From Macrostomum lignano (taxonomy: Eukaryota), in the NCBI GenBank assembly GCA_002269645.1, contig NIVC01001778.1:124001-188000 (forward strand): 64,000 bases of DNA, written 5' to 3'. The notes beneath the pieces were generated by a model that worked only from the letters and a program-made list of their open reading frames with translations, was not told where the DNA came from and searched no databases. Each line of letters starts with the position of its first letter. Within the stretch, counting starts at the first letter, position 1. Below, in pieces: positions 12,291-25,662 of this stretch. The position numbers were made by a program, and so were the translations under genes.

Positions 12291-13688
12291 TCACCCGACT
12301 GTCGTCAACAGCGCAGTCGTCGCCAAGAGGCTGCTGAACGTTTCTTCGCCGCTGTCACCCACGGTGCTGATAGCCTTCTGCCAGATCAACAGTTAGCAGA
12401 CAATAGCGCAGAGACAATCAATTCTAACACTACTATGAGTAGCTGCTGCGCCAGCGGACAAAACGGCTGCAGGCGCGTTCTAGCATCTACCGAGATTCGC
12501 ATTGAAAAGCCGCCTTCGCCGCCGCCGCAGCCTCCGTCTCCTCCAGCCACATCAACGCAGCCGCCAGACTCCGTTGTCATTCAGGTGGACCCGCCTGAAC
12601 CTGAGCAACCGCCTAACACTCACGATGAAGAGCATGTTCAGCAGCCGCCAACGTCTTCCGCTCTGCTAGACGAAGACGAGGAGCAAGCGTTGAACGCCCT
12701 AGTGGAAGAAGTCGCCAACAGAATCCTGGGCATGTCGCGCTCGGTTGAGAACATTCTCCAACTGGCCGAAGAAAGCAAAAGCGATGTCGGAGGCAGAGTT
12801 AAGCGCCGCAGTCTTCTAGCAGATCCCCGTTGCCGACCCGAGTCCGTGGCCGGAGCCGCGCCAGCTAATAAGCGTCACAAGTTCGCGCAGCACCGTTCGC
12901 TAACCCTGACGAACACCTGCGAGACGTCCACGCCGCCGACTGGGAGCTCAAATCGGAGCTCTTCGTTAGTGCGCGGCGATTCGAATCGCCCAACGGAGAG
13001 TCGACGTCGTAGTCGCGATCGTCGGCATCATCGGAAAGACGACAACGAACGCTGGGCGTCGGCGTCGACAGCTCGAAGCGCGATCGGCAGCAACCCGAGG
13101 TTCAGACAGGACTCAGCTGATTCCGGCAGCTTCATCGCCTGCCCGAGCTGCTGCAGCCTGCCAGTCGGCAGTCACCGTCACCAGCCCGACTCTCTGGACC
13201 ATCGCAGTTTGGTTGATCGTCTGGTTCGCCAGGCCTCCTCCAATTGCGGTTGCCGCGACTGTCGACGCGGTTTCCGCGACGGTCTTCGCGATCTTCGCCG
13301 CCGATTCCGCCTGAACACCGCTGGGCATCGTCGGCATGGCGGACGTCGTCGGCAGCTCCAGCTGGGCTTGCCGCCTTCAGGCGATGATCTACGCGAAGAG
13401 GACGACCCGGCTGATGATGAAGAGGCTGGAGACGAGCGCCAGCATCATCTTCAGCCAGCCGCGGGCTCAAGCGGCGTAGCCACCTGGGTTGAACGCCATT
13501 CAACAGGCGACGCCAAGCAGCTGCACCGCTGCAACTCAATCGAGGACATGAACGCCGCGAAGGTCGCCGCCGAGGCCGCGGAAGCCGCCGAGGGGCGGTC
13601 AGGTGCCGAGGCCAAGCTGAGCGCCATGTCTGGGGCGCGCCGAAAACCGCCGCTTGTTAAATCGAATAGCGACGAGATTGTCTATGAG
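12291..13688 (+). CDS. Exon 3 of orphan membrane protein (long disordered P/S/R-rich region)
   Basis: Acceptor CCTTAACAG at 12282-12290 opens phase 0 in frame with ORF 12435..13742; GC-rich coding-like sequence; donor GAG|GTCAGC at 13689. Confidence 0.65.
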
Positions 13689-13789
13689 GTCAGCGATTCG
13701 CTGTGCTTTTGCTGCTTGTCTTCTGCTTTGAGTTTGCTGTGATTTTGTCCTATATTTTGCTTTTGCCTGTCTATTTTTAGCTCTGTCTG

Positions 13790-14350
13790 CGTCTTTACTG
13801 TCTGTTGTTTTGCCTGTCTGTTGATCTTTAAATTTCTGTCTGTTGTCTTACCTGTCTATTGTCTTACCTGTCTATTGTCTTACCTGTCTATTGTCTTACC
13901 TGTCTGTTGATCTTAAAATTTCTGTCTGTTATCCTACCTGTCTATTATCTTACCTGTCTGTTGTCTTACCAGTCTGTTGGTCTTTGCTTTCTGTTGTCTT
14001 ACCTGTATGTTGTCTTTCCTGTCTGTCGTCTTACCTGTCTGTTGTCTTACCTGTCTGTCGTTTTTCCTGTCTGTTGTCTTACTTGCCTGTCGTTTTACCA
14101 GTCTGTTGGTCTTTGCTTTCTGTTGTCTTACCTGTATGTTGTCTTGCCTGTCTGTTGTCTTACCTGTCTGTTGTCTTACCTGTCTGTTGTCTTACCTGTC
14201 TGTTGTCTTACCTGTCTGTTGTCTTACCTGTCTGTTGGTATTTCCTTTCTGTTGTCTTACCTGTCTGTTGTCTTACCTGTCTATTGTCTTACCTGTCTGT
14301 TGTCTTACCTGTCTGTTGTCTTACCTGTCTGTTGGTCTTACCTGTCTGTT
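13790..14350. repeat. 16-bp intronic minisatellite
   Basis: Unit CTGTCTGTTGTCTTAC. Confidence 0.93.
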
Positions 14351-14390
14351 GCTGCGGTTGTGCATCTATAAATTGACGCCATGTTCACAG

Positions 14391-14884
14391 GAAACTGATG
14401 ACCAGCCGTGCGAGCAGCTGCGAGACAGATTTCTTCAGGAGGCGTCTGTTGCCGCCGCTGCCGCCGCAGCATCCGGCTCCTCAGCTACCGACTCCTCAGG
14501 CCGCGCCGCCCCATCAAAAAAGCTATCCAAAGCCATGTCAACTGAACCGCCTGCAGCAGCCCAGACCCTCCTAGTTGTGCCCTCGCCAACCGCGGCAGAT
14601 CCGTCTATGACCTTCGAGACCGCGCCTCGGCGACACTCACCGACGCCCTCGATGGCCGTGGCCGACTCCGCCCCGATCGTGGTCGGCGACACTTTTGTGT
14701 ACATTGAAGACTGGAGCTGCCGCAATCTCGAGTCGCATTCGGCCATTCTACCAGCGGCAACTAGTCATGGTAACGTTATTAATAACGGCGATAAGAAAAA
14801 TATGAAATTGCCGCGTCAGCGGCGACATCAGACGGCTAAACCGACAAAGAGACGAGTGGCAATGCCGCCAAAGCCACCGCCAAA

Positions 14885-14916
<32 letters not shown>

Positions 14917-15160
14917 AACCTGCCGAAGAGGACGCTTCAAGCGACAGCTTCATAGCCAGATCCTCCAACTGCAGCAATGGCGAAGAGTTCTCGAGTCAGA
15001 CGAATAAAGTTAAAGATGTTTGCAAGAGCTCAAATTCGAAGTGTGCTAGCGGCGTACCCGTTGATGGGCGATTGAAACGATTGGGTGATTCGGCTTATCA
15101 GACCCAGGAGAGCTCGTCTGATGCCATCGTTGTGTTCAGCGGCGCTGCCAGGAGCCAACG
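14391..15160 (+). CDS. Exon 4 of orphan membrane protein (polyA/polyP tracts)
   Basis: Acceptor GTTCACAG at 14383-14390, phase 0, in frame with ORF 13977..15191 (ETDDQPCEQLRDRF...); donor CG|GTGCGG at 15161 (phase 2). Confidence 0.6.
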
Positions 15161-15169
15161 GTGCGGCAA

Positions 15170-16785
15170 TGGGGGTGACGAGGGGGGGTGACGAGAGAGA
15201 GTGACGAGGTAGAGTGACGAGGGAGATTGACGGAGAGTGACGAGGTGGAGTGACTAGGGAGAGTGACTAAGTCGAGTGACGAGGTGGAGTGACTAGGGAG
15301 AGTGAGGAGGTGGAGTGACGAGGGAGAGTGACGAAGGAGAGTGACGAAGGAGAGTGACGAGGGAGAGTGACGAGGGAGAGTGACGAGGGAGAGTGACGAG
15401 GTAGAGTGACGAAGGAGAGTGACGAGGGAAAGTGACGAGGTAGAGTGACGAGGGAGAGTGACGAGGGAGAGTGACGAGGTAGAGTGACGAGGGAGAGTGA
15501 CGAGGGAGAGTGACGAGGGAGATTGACGACGTAGAGTGACGAAGGAGAGTGACGAGGGAGAGTGACGAGGTAGAGTGACAAAGGAGAGTGACGGGGAGAG
15601 TGACGAGGTAGAGTGACGAGGTAGAGTGACGAGGGAGAGTGACGAGGGAGAGTGACGAGGTAGAGTGATGAAGGAGAGTGACGAGGGAGAGTGACGAGGG
15701 CGAGTGACGAAGGAGAGTGACGGGGAGAGTGACGAGGGAGAATGACGAAGGAGAGTGACGAAGGAGAGTGACGAAGGAGAGTGACGAGGGAGAGTGACGA
15801 GGGAGAGTGACGAGGGAGAGTGACGAGGGAGAGTGACGAGGGAGAGTGACGAGGGAGAGTGACGAGGGAGAGTGACGAGGGAGAGTGACGAGGGAGAGTG
15901 ACGAGGGAGAGTGACGAAGGAGAGTGACAAGGGAGAGTGACGAGGTAGAGTGGCGAAGAGAGTGACGAGGGAGAGTGACGAGGGAGAGTGACGAGGGAGA
16001 GTGACGAGGGAGAATGACGAAGAAGAGTGACGAGGGAGAGTGACGAGGTAGAGTGACGAGGGAGAGTGACGAGGGAGAGTGACGAGGTAGAGTGACGAAG
16101 GAGAGTGACGAGGGAGAGTGACGAGGGAGAGTGACGAGGGAGAGTGACGAGGTAGAGTGACGAAGGAGAGTGACGAGGGAGAGTGACGAGGGAGAGTAAC
16201 AAGGGAGAGTGACGAGGGAGAGTGACAAGGGAGAGTGACGAGGGAGAGTGACGAGGGAGAATGACGAAGGAGAGTGACGAGGGAGAGTGACAAGGGAGAG
16301 TGACGAAGGAGAGTGACGAGGGAGAGTGACGAGGGAGAGTAACAAGGGAGAGTGACGAGGGAGAGTGACAAGGGAGAGTGACGAGGGAGAGTGACGAGGG
16401 AGAGTGACGAGAGAGAGTGACAAGGGAGAGTGACGAGGGAGAGTGACAAGGGAGAGTGACGAAGGAGAGTGACGAGGGAGAGTGACGAGAGAGAGTGACA
16501 AGGGAGAGTGACGAGGGAGAGTGACAAGGGAGAGTGACGAGGGAGAGTGACGAGGGAGAGTGATGAAGGAGAGTGACGAAGGAGAGTGACGAGGGAGAGT
16601 GACGAGGGAGAGTGACGAGGGAGAGTGACGAGGTAGAGTGACGAAGGAGAGTGACGAGGTAGAGTGATGAAGGAGAGTGACGAGGGAGAGTGACGAGGGC
16701 GAGTGACGAGGGCGAGTGACGAGGGAGAGTGACGAGGTAGAGTGATGAAGGAGAGTGACGAGGGAGAGTGACGAGGTAGAGTGAA
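15170..16785. repeat. 13-bp purine-rich minisatellite, about 1.6 kb, intronic
   Basis: Unit GTGACGAGGGAGA; explains ORFs 15136..16527 and overlaps. Confidence 0.97.
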
Positions 16786-16902
16786 CTAACAGCTACATGG
16801 GGAAGTAACTAGAATGAGGAATAATGCGCCGAGAAATTTGATCAAAGAAAGATGATTTGCCTTATCGATCGAATAAACAAATGAAATTTTATCCCTTATC
16901 AG

Positions 16903-16972
16903 ACCTGAGATGCGACTGGATGAAGAACTGCAGCTGGCGGCCAGCAAGCTGAGCAGCCACCTACATGGGCAG
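16903..16972 (+). CDS. Probable exon 5 of orphan membrane protein
   Basis: Acceptor CCCTTATCAG, phase 2 matches exon 4 (CG|A), reads RPEMRLDEELQLAASKLSSHLHGQ, donor CAG|GTGAAT at 16973. Further exons not resolved. Confidence 0.45.
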
Positions 16973-17029
16973 GTGAATTCGGCTGCCAACTCCCAGGCAG
17001 CTTCAGACAGGTTGGTTCACCAACTCTGC

Positions 17030-17640
17030 TGTGACTGCTTGAGTGACTGTCGAGTGACAGAGTGAGAGTGACAGACTGTGAGTGACAGATTGAGAGTGAT
17101 AGATTGAAAGTAACAGATTGGGAGTGACAGAATGAGAGTGACAAATTGAGATTGAATGATTTTTGAGAGTGACAGACTGAACGTAATAGATTATTGAGCG
17201 TGACAGTTTAAGAGTGACAGATTTTTGAGAATGGCAGATTGAGAGTGACAGATTTTTTAGCGTGACAGATTACTGAGCGTGATAGATTGAGAGTGACAGA
17301 TCGAGTGACAGATTGAGAGTGATAAATTAAGAGAGCCAAATTGGGAGTGACAGATTGTGAGTAAGAGATTAAGAGTGGCAGGTTCAGAGTTACAGATTAT
17401 TGAGAGTGACAGACTGAGAGTGACAAATTAAGAGTGAATGATTATTGAAAGTGACAAATTAAGAGTGACAGATTATGGAGCGTGACAGATTGCGAGTGAC
17501 AGATTGAAAGTGACAAACTGACAGTGACAGATTGAGAGGACAGATTGAAAGTGACAAACTGAGAGTGACAGACTGAGAGTGACATACTGAGAGTGACAGA
17601 CTGAGAGTGATAGATTAAGAGTGACAGATTGCGAGACTCA
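17030..17640. repeat. Degenerate GAGTGACAGATT-type minisatellite
   Basis: About 13-bp units sharing AGTGACAGA. Confidence 0.85.
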
Positions 17641-17979
17641 AATAAAAAAATAAGATGCAATCACTCTATAAAGACTCAAAGAACTTAAAAACCCATAATA
17701 CTCATGTTTTTTTCACTTATCCTTCCCAAAGCCTACATGAGTGCCTGAAACCATCTCCGAATGCTATCATGGGTGTGGTAAATTTTCCTAATCCGCGTCT
17801 CACTTAATCCCTATTCCTAATCCACCCATTTTTCAAGGCCAGTGAAGACTGACAGACATTCAATTGAAAGCATCTCTTTGTCTGGCACTGAATGCTCACT
17901 TCCCAAGGGCGTGTGCGGTTCCCTGATCTGGCTTATGATTTGAGAATTGCTTCTGAACTGCACATGACACCGCTTCTAC

Positions 17980-18565
17980 AGTGTAATACTCCAGTGATTC
18001 TCCGGTGTAATACCCAAATGATTCTCCGGTGTAATACCCTAATGATTCCCAAATGTATAATGCCCCAATGATCCTCTAGTGTAATACCCCAATAATTCCC
18101 CATTTTAATACCCCAATGATTCCCCACTATAATACCCCAATTATCCCTCAGCATAATACCCCAATGATTCCCCAGTGCAATACTCCAACGATTCCTCAGA
18201 ATAATACTCAAATGATTCCCCAGCATAATATCCCAATGATTCCCCACTATAATACCCCAATGATTCCCCAGTATAATACCCCAGGTATTCCCCAGTGTAA
18301 TACCCCAAAGATTCCCCACTATAATACCCCAATGATTCCCTAGTATAATACCCCAGGTATTCCCCAGTGTAATACCCCAAAGATTCCCCAGTTTAATACC
18401 CCAATGATTCCCCAGTGTAATACCCAATGATTCCCTAGTATAATACCTCAATGATTCCCCATTGTAATATCCCAATGATTCTCCAGTGTAATACCCCAAT
18501 GATTCCCCAGTGTAATACCTCAATGATTCCCCAGTGTAATACCCCAATGATTCCCCAGTGTAATA
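17980..18565. repeat. 24-bp minisatellite
   Basis: Unit AATACCCCAATGATTCCCCAGTGT. Confidence 0.92.
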
Positions 18566-19109
18566 TTACCCTAATTCTCATTCACAATCTCACTAAAACT
18601 CTCCCACCCATCTACGAGTACTGGCAGTCCCTGCTCATCAGGGTCCACCACAATCAGCAAGCGAGTGTTGAGTCTGCACCAGCTGACTCAAATCTCTGAG
18701 GAGAGCCGTGAGCCCCCGCCAGCAGCAGCTCAAGGCCCATCTTTATTGAAATTTCTGAATCCGAAGCGCGCGGGACTGGAAACAGATATTGAAGTTCACG
18801 TGTAAACTGCTTTACTATTTTTTACAAAAATGCGCGATACTCTCTACTCTCCTATGGATAGTAAGTAGTGTAAATCTGTCGCGTTGAGAATGATTCAACA
18901 GTTTCTTTTGTTGAAAACTTTCACCATTTTCCTATTTAAAAAAACTTTAAAAAATTAAAACTATCACTTTGCACTTCGATTTCGTTTCAAAGCGAAGTTG
19001 TTAATATTTTTCCTGGTGACAAATAAACAATCCCAATGCAATGTATTCATAAACAGTGAATTGAAATTCATTTTCAGTTATCTTTCTAATTATTCTACCT
19101 TTACCTTTA

Positions 19110-19630
19110 AGATTCACCCTCCCCGGAGATTCACCCATCAATCCCTGAGATTCACTCACTCATCCATAAGACTCACTCTCCCGCTCCTGAGATTCACTTA
19201 CTCATCCATAAGATTCACTCTCCCCGGAGATTCACTCACTCTTCCATAATATTCACTCTCCCGGGAGATTCACTCACCAATCCTTGAGATTCACTCACCC
19301 CGGAGATTCACTCACCAATCCTTGAGATTCACTCACCCATCCATAAGATTCAGTCACCCATTCATGAGATTCACCTCCTTCCCTGAGATTTACCCTCCCT
19401 GAGATTCACCCTCCCTGAGATTCACCCTCCTTGAGATTCACCCTCCCTGAGATTCACCCTCCCTGAGATTCACCCTCCCTGAGATTCACCCTCCCTGAGA
19501 TTCACCTCCCTTCCTGAGATTCACCCTCCCTGAGATTCACCCTCCCTGAGATTCACCCTCCCTGAGATTCACCCTCCTTGAGATTCACTCTCCCTCCCTG
19601 AGATTCACCCTCCTTGAGATTCACCTGAGA
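19110..19630. repeat. About 16-bp minisatellite
   Basis: Unit GAGATTCACCCTCCCT preceded by longer GAGATTCACTC variants. Confidence 0.9.
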
Positions 19631-20109
19631 TTAATAATTTGAATTTCATTTTGCAAGTCCCAATTATAAAACTCGAATATTAAAAATGGAAGTCATGTTT
19701 TGTTTGACTTTGAGCTAGTCTGAACTCGGCTTCCTGAATGGATTCGCAGAAACACTTTCTGCTTGACTAGAAATTCGAAAAATACACAAAGCCAAGTTAG
19801 CAGATTCTGGTAAACACTCTGCAGACCTCGCAGCTTCCGCCTTCTCCATCCCATTTCTCCAGCATCAAAAGATTCGAAAGATCAAACAATATTCTTCAAT
19901 AAAAAGCTTTGATTAAAGACTTTTCAAGCGTGCTGGCTGGCGTAACAACTTGTTACTCCAATGCCTTTGTGGATAAGCCTGGGTTAATTCTCGTACCTGT
20001 TATACTAGGGGCTAATATTCAATGGCATGACTATTTTACTTGGCAAATATTCAGTCTTGCGGCTTTGCCAACCTTCTTTTCTGTCAATTTCACAAATAGA
20101 AAGAGAAGT

Positions 20110-21175
20110 AGAGAGTGAGGGTAGAGTGTACAGAGAGAGGTAGTGAGAGAGAGGTTAGAAACCGAGGGTTAGAGAGGGAGGCTTAGAGAGGGAGGGGTAG
20201 AGAGGGAGGGGTAGAGAGGGAGGGGTAGATAGGAAGAGGCAGAGAAGAAGGGTAGAGAGTGAGAGGTAGATAGTGAGAGGTAGAGAGGGAGAGGGAGAGA
20301 GTGAGAGGTAGAGAGGGAGAGGGAGAGAGTGAGAGGTAGAGAGGGAGAGGTAGAGAGTGAGAGGCAGAGAGGGAGGGGTAGAGAGGGAGAGGTAGAGAGT
20401 GAGAGGCAGAGAGGGAGAGTTAGAGAGGGAGGGGTAGAGAGTGAAAGGTAGAGAGTGAGAGGTAGAGAGGGAGAGGTAGAGAGGGAGAGGTAGAGAGGGA
20501 GAGGCAGAGAGGGAGAGGTAGAGAGGGAGAGATAGAGAGGGAGAGGTAGAGAGGGAGAGGCAGAGAGGGAGAGGTAGAGAGGGAGAGGTAGAGAGGGAGA
20601 GGTAGAGAGGAGAGGCAGAGAGGGAGGGGTAGAGAGGGAGAGGTAGAGAGTGAGAGGCAGAGAGGGAGAGTTAGAGAGGGAGGGGTAGAGAGTGAAAGGT
20701 AGAGAGTGAGAGGTAGAGAGAGAGAGGTAGAGAGGGAGAGGCAGAGAGGGAGAGGCAGAGAGGGAGGGGTAGAGAGGGAGAGGTAGAGAGGGAGAGGCAG
20801 AGAGGGAGGGGTAGAGAGGGAGAGGTAGAGAGTGAGAGGCAGAGAGGGAGAGTTAGAGAAGGAGGGGTAGAGAGTGAAAGGTAGAGAGTGAGAGGTAGAG
20901 AGGGAGAGGTAGAGAGGGAGAGGCAGAGAGGGAGAGGCAGAGAGGGAGAGGTAGAGAGGTAGAGGTAGAGAGTGAGAGGTAGAGAGGGAGAGGTAGAGAG
21001 GGAGAGGTAGAGAGGGAGAGGTAGAGAGGGAGAGGCAGAGAGGGTGGGGTAGAGAGGGAGAGGTAGAGAGTGAGAGGCAGAGAGGGAGAGTTAGAAAGGG
21101 AGGGGTAGAGAGTGAAAGGTAGAGAGTGAGAGGTAGAGAGGGAGAGGTAGAGAGGGAGAGGCAGAGAAGAAGGGA
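20110..21175. repeat. Polypurine (GA-rich) minisatellite
   Basis: Units GAGAGGGAGAGGTA / GAGAGTGAGAGGCA; almost pure purine on the + strand. Confidence 0.95.
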
Positions 21176-21844
21176 GAGCATAGTAGAGAGCAGGCACAGC
21201 ACGGCAGCTCAAAGTCTGACTTTCAGACTGTGCTGGCCCAAATTCCCATGCAAGACAAGATCCCACACGCGGTTCCCATGCGGATGCAAGTCATTGTTGC
21301 GCACCTCCCCACACAGCTATCTCAAGTGAGTCCTGAATGCGACTCCAGGCAGGCTGTGAAACAAAAACTTTCTCTGGCAGAGGGGCCCATATTGCCGCAG
21401 CCACTTGTGCATACGTGAGTTTGCAGCACTCACAGTCAACTCGGACTCCAAGGCCAGACAAGGAGGAGAAAGTGAAAACTTTATGCCACAAACAGATGGT
21501 AAACAGTGCGGCAATTGAGGCGGGAGCTAATTCTCAAATTGAAATGGAGCAGGAGACTCAACAGACAGTGAATAAGTGTGAGACTTGGCTTGAACACTTC
21601 TCCACTTAAGTCACTCTCTTACTGAATCAACTCAAAGCCCTTCACGAAAAATATATTCCATAATATTGTTTTATATAGTGTAAAATGTTGCAACAATTTC
21701 TCTCTCCTAACTGCTGTTGGGAAAATTGCTGCAGAAATTGAGGAAATTCAACTTGAGAGGGCGTCTTTTTCATTTGCTTAGTTTTGGCCGCTGCTGTTTA
21801 TGCAGAACTTTAATGCAAGTTTTACTGTTTAAACTGCGCCCTTT

Positions 21845-22828
21845 CAGATCCCGGATGGCGCCTCCATCAGATCCCGGATAGCGCCCCCATCAGATCCCGG
21901 ATGGCGCCCCCATCAGATCCCAGTTTGGCGCCAATCTCAAATCCCAGTTTGGCGCCAATCTCAAATCCCAGTTTGGCGCCAATCTCAAATCCCTGTTTGG
22001 CGGCAATCTCAAATCCCAACTTTAAGCGCCAATATCAAATCTCTGTTTGGCGCCAATCTCAAATCCCAACTTTAAGCGCCAATATCAAATCTCTGTTTGG
22101 CGCCAATCTCAAATCCCAACTTTAAGCGCCAATCTCAAATCCCAACTTTAAGCGCCAGTCTCAAATCCCAACTTTAAGCGCCAGTCTCAAATCCCAACTT
22201 TAAGCGCCAGTCTCAAATCCCAACTTTAAGCGCCAGTCTCAAATCCCAACTTTAAGCGCCAATCTCAAATCCCAACTTTAAGCGCCAATCTCAAATCCCA
22301 GTTTGGCGCCAATCTCAAATCCTAGTTTGGCGCCAATCTCAAATCCCAACTTTAAGCGCCAATCTCAAATCCCAACTTTAAGCACCAATCTCAAATCCCA
22401 GTTTGGCGCCAATCTCAAATCCCAACTTTAAGCGCCAATATCAAATCTCTGTTTGGCGCCAATCTCAAATCCCAACTTTAAGCGCCAATCTCAAATCCCA
22501 ACTTTAAGCACCAATCTCAAATCTCTGTTTGGCGCCAATCTCAAATCCCAACTTTAAGCGCCAATCTCAAATCCCAACTTTAAGCACCAATCTCAAATCC
22601 CAGTTTGGCGCCAATCTCAAATCCCAACTTTAAGCGCCAATATCAAATCTCTGTTTGGCGCCAATCTCAAATCCCAACTTTAAGCGCCAATATCAAATCT
22701 CTGTTTGGCGCCAATCTCAAATCCCAACTTTAAGCGCCAATATCAAATCTCTGTTTGGCGCCAATCTCAAATCCCAACTTTAAGCGCCAATCTCAAATCC
22801 CAGTTTGGCGCCAATCTCAAATCCCAAA
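21845..22828. repeat. About 24-bp minisatellite with (G)GCGCC core
   Basis: Units GGCGCCAATCTCAAATCCCAGTTT / AAGCGCCAATCTCAAATCCCAACTTT. Confidence 0.93.
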
Positions 22829-23359
22829 TGCAGCCCGGACACACCCATCTGCGATGCCAGCTTTGGCACATCCTGCAATTCAATTACCGCTTCCATCTAA
22901 TAATATCCCATGAAGTCGAAGAAACGCCATATGTCACTCCTCAATATCGATTTGCCTTTAAACCAAGCAGACGTCATCTCTTCATCTTTTCATCTCCAGC
23001 TTCCGGCCTCATGCGGGCGTGTTAAAGTTTCTAGCAGATTTTAGGAAATTTCCCCCCAATGACTCTACAGAGACATCGATGGAGTGAAAGTGGAATCTCA
23101 AAGAGGATCATGGATGGCTTCCTGGTAACCCCGGCCCTCGGATACTCACTGCAACCAGCTCGCTGTGGCCGCCGCTCCAGCAGTTATACAACAAGCGGAA
23201 ACAGGCCTATCGAAGGCTCTCCGTCTGTGGGCTGAGGGGAGAGGATAACTTATAACACGACTGAGAGCTGCAGCGGTCAGTCAAGTCCATGGATTACTGT
23301 TCATAGATATCTGGAGTCAAGAGTCAGATAGTGTGCAGGACGTTGATACGGCCGATCGT

Positions 23360-23620
23360 CTACCAAGAGTCAGGGGCGCCTACCAAGAGTCAGGTGCGCC
23401 TACCAAGAGACAGGGGCGCCCACCGGAGACAGGGGCGCCCACCGGAGACAGGGGCGTCCAACAAGAGACAGGGGCGCCAACCAAGAGACAGGGCGCCCAC
23501 CGGAGACAGGGGCGCCCAACAAGAGACAGGGGCGCCAACCAAGAGACAGGGGCGCCCACCAAGAGACAGGGGCGCCCACCAAGAGACAGGGGCGCCTATT
23601 AAGACAAAGGGGCGCCATCT
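23360..23620. repeat. About 20-bp minisatellite with GGCGCC core
   Basis: Unit GGGGCGCCCACCAAGAGACA. Confidence 0.92.
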
Positions 23621-24134
23621 CGAATCAAAATAATTTCTGATTTTGCATGTCTCCACTCCAGACCTCGAGTCCAGTGCACCATGGCACCCCCACGGCTTCT
23701 TCTCTTCACACCGGATCTGCGAGTCTTCAAGCATCTTTCTTCCCGAATAGGTTTCCGGCCAACACAGTCTTTAATTTTGACCTCCCCTCAATGGCTACCA
23801 CCATTTTCAAGTGTGTCCGCGGTCCCAAAATGATTAAGGTGGGCCGGGATACTCGATTCTTTCTAGTCGTGAATAAAAACTGACAGAGCTGAGACTACTA
23901 TGTTTTATGGCCTACTCAATGCCGAGAGAGAGAAATGGGCAGGGCAAGATTCTACAACGCAACGTGCTTACAATTGGCTGCGTGAAGTGTTTTAAATTGC
24001 GTATTGAAATCTGGCAGTAGCATGGGATTTTTCTTCAAGCACTGAGGAGGAAGTGGCTTGAGTTAGACTTCTATTGTGGGATTGATTTTCCCTGCTTGCA
24101 CCTTGCCCCGGGATCAGAAGGGGAATCGTTGGAG

Positions 24135-24720
24135 ATTAAGAGTTGGAGACACTGAGAGTTGGGTGGATAGGAGACTGAGAGTTGGGTAGATAGAAGAGAC
24201 TGAGAGTTGGGTAAATAGGAGACTGAGATTTGGGTAGATAGGAGACTGAGAGTTGGGTAGATAGCAGACTGAGAGTTGGGTAGATAGGAGACTGAGAGTT
24301 GGGTAGATAGGAGACTGAGAGTTGGGTAGATAGGAGACTGAGAATAGGGTAGATAGGAGACTGAGAGTTGGGTAGATAGGAGACTGAGAGTTGGGTAGAT
24401 AGGAGACTGAGAGTTGGGTAGATAGGAGACTGGGAGTTGGGTAGATAGGAGACTGGGAGTTGGGTAGATAGGAGACTGGGAGTTGGGTAGATAGGAGACT
24501 GAGAGTTGGGTAGATAGGAGACTGAGAGTTGGGTAGATAGGAGACTGGGAGTTGGGTAGATAGGAGACTGAGAGTTGGGTAGATAGGAGACTGGGAGTTT
24601 GGTAGATAGCAGACTGAGAATTGGGTAGATAGGAGACTGGGAGTTGGGTAGATAGGAGACTGAGTTGGTAGATAGAATACTGAGGGTTGGGTAGACAGGA
24701 GACTGAGAATCGGGTAGATA
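24135..24720. repeat. 23-bp minisatellite abutting the retrotransposon; same family as 49550-50155 (inverted)
   Basis: Unit GGGTAGATAGGAGACTGAGAGTT. Confidence 0.95.
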
Positions 24721-24721
24721 T

Positions 24722-25422
24722 TGTTGTGTCTCGGCCTAATGGCCGCTGGACGGGTCAAGGTTCGGGCCCTCCCCGCCTGAGACACCCCTGTCCCAGCCCT
24801 CACCCCGGCTATTCCTACCCTGTCTCGCTCGGTTCGGCGAGAGTTCGCCTGACCGAACACCCTGGGATCGGCGAGAGTTCACCGTTCCCAGGTCCCTGCA
24901 GATCCCGGCCCCACGCGGCAACCCAGAAGAACGAAAGCTCGAGCTCACCTCCTCTTGATATATCGAGTTACTAACGAAGCGTTTATTGGCCCGAAGCAGT
25001 TATTGGCACGCGAAGGCAGAGGTACGCCGATGAACGCAAAAACAGTAAGAACGAAGCGGACACCAATAGAGAGCCAACGTGGAGCGCAGCCCGCTCAGGG
25101 CTAGCATTTAAATAATACACAAAAAAGGGGGAGGGGTGGGGCAGAATGGAGACGGCGAGCCAAACCCTGGGGCCCAGCCGGCTTATCAGCCAGCCAGCCA
25201 ATACGAGCAGCCCCAGGGTGAGGCGGGCAACGAGGGAGGGGGGGGGCACCCAGATTGGACAGAGATTGGGCCGGGGGCTGGGTGCAAAGGGCTAGGCCAG
25301 GGTTGAGACTTACGCCTCTCACAAACCCTGGCCCGGGCGCGAGACGGGGGACGGGGCGGGGTGGCATGAAAACTGAAAACAAAAGTACGAGTACATACAC
25401 ACTGGAAGGGCGCAGCCCAACA
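24722..25422 (-). repeat. 3' LTR (701 bp)
   Basis: By eye it differs from the 5' LTR by one substitution (GAGCTC vs GATCTC) and one G in a homopolymer; TATTTAAA at about 25107-25114 and AATAAA at 24982-24987 on the minus strand. Confidence 0.97.
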
Positions 25423-25434
25423 TCCTCCCCCTCC
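25423..25434 (-). promoter_or_regulatory. Polypurine tract (plus-strand primer)
   Basis: GGAGGGGGAGGA immediately 5' of the 3' LTR on the minus strand. Confidence 0.92.
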
Positions 25435-25662
25435 ACGAAAAAGAAGAGGAGAAAGGGGATGTCAAGCAAAAAGCAACGCATGAACAAGCAAGTCTGAAAA
25501 AAAGTTAATTCAAAAAACGACGGCCGAAAAATAACAGAAAAACTTTGACGCGACGCGTGGATATCGCCGGCATTACAAAAAACAAAAACGAAAAAATGAA
25601 AACGGGACACAAACTATTGCGTACGCAAAAATTGAAAACGGGCTTAAGAACGCAATTCTACT

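Noticed and set aside
18611-23234. Further exons of the orphan membrane gene (18611-18805, about 21170-21609, about 23047-23234)
   Set aside because: Coding-like stretches, but no phase-compatible splice sites could be assigned with confidence.
24687-25610. Short ORFs inside the LTRs and antisense ORFs over gag, pol, ORF3 and TRPM
   Set aside because: GC-rich shadow frames with no recognisable motifs.
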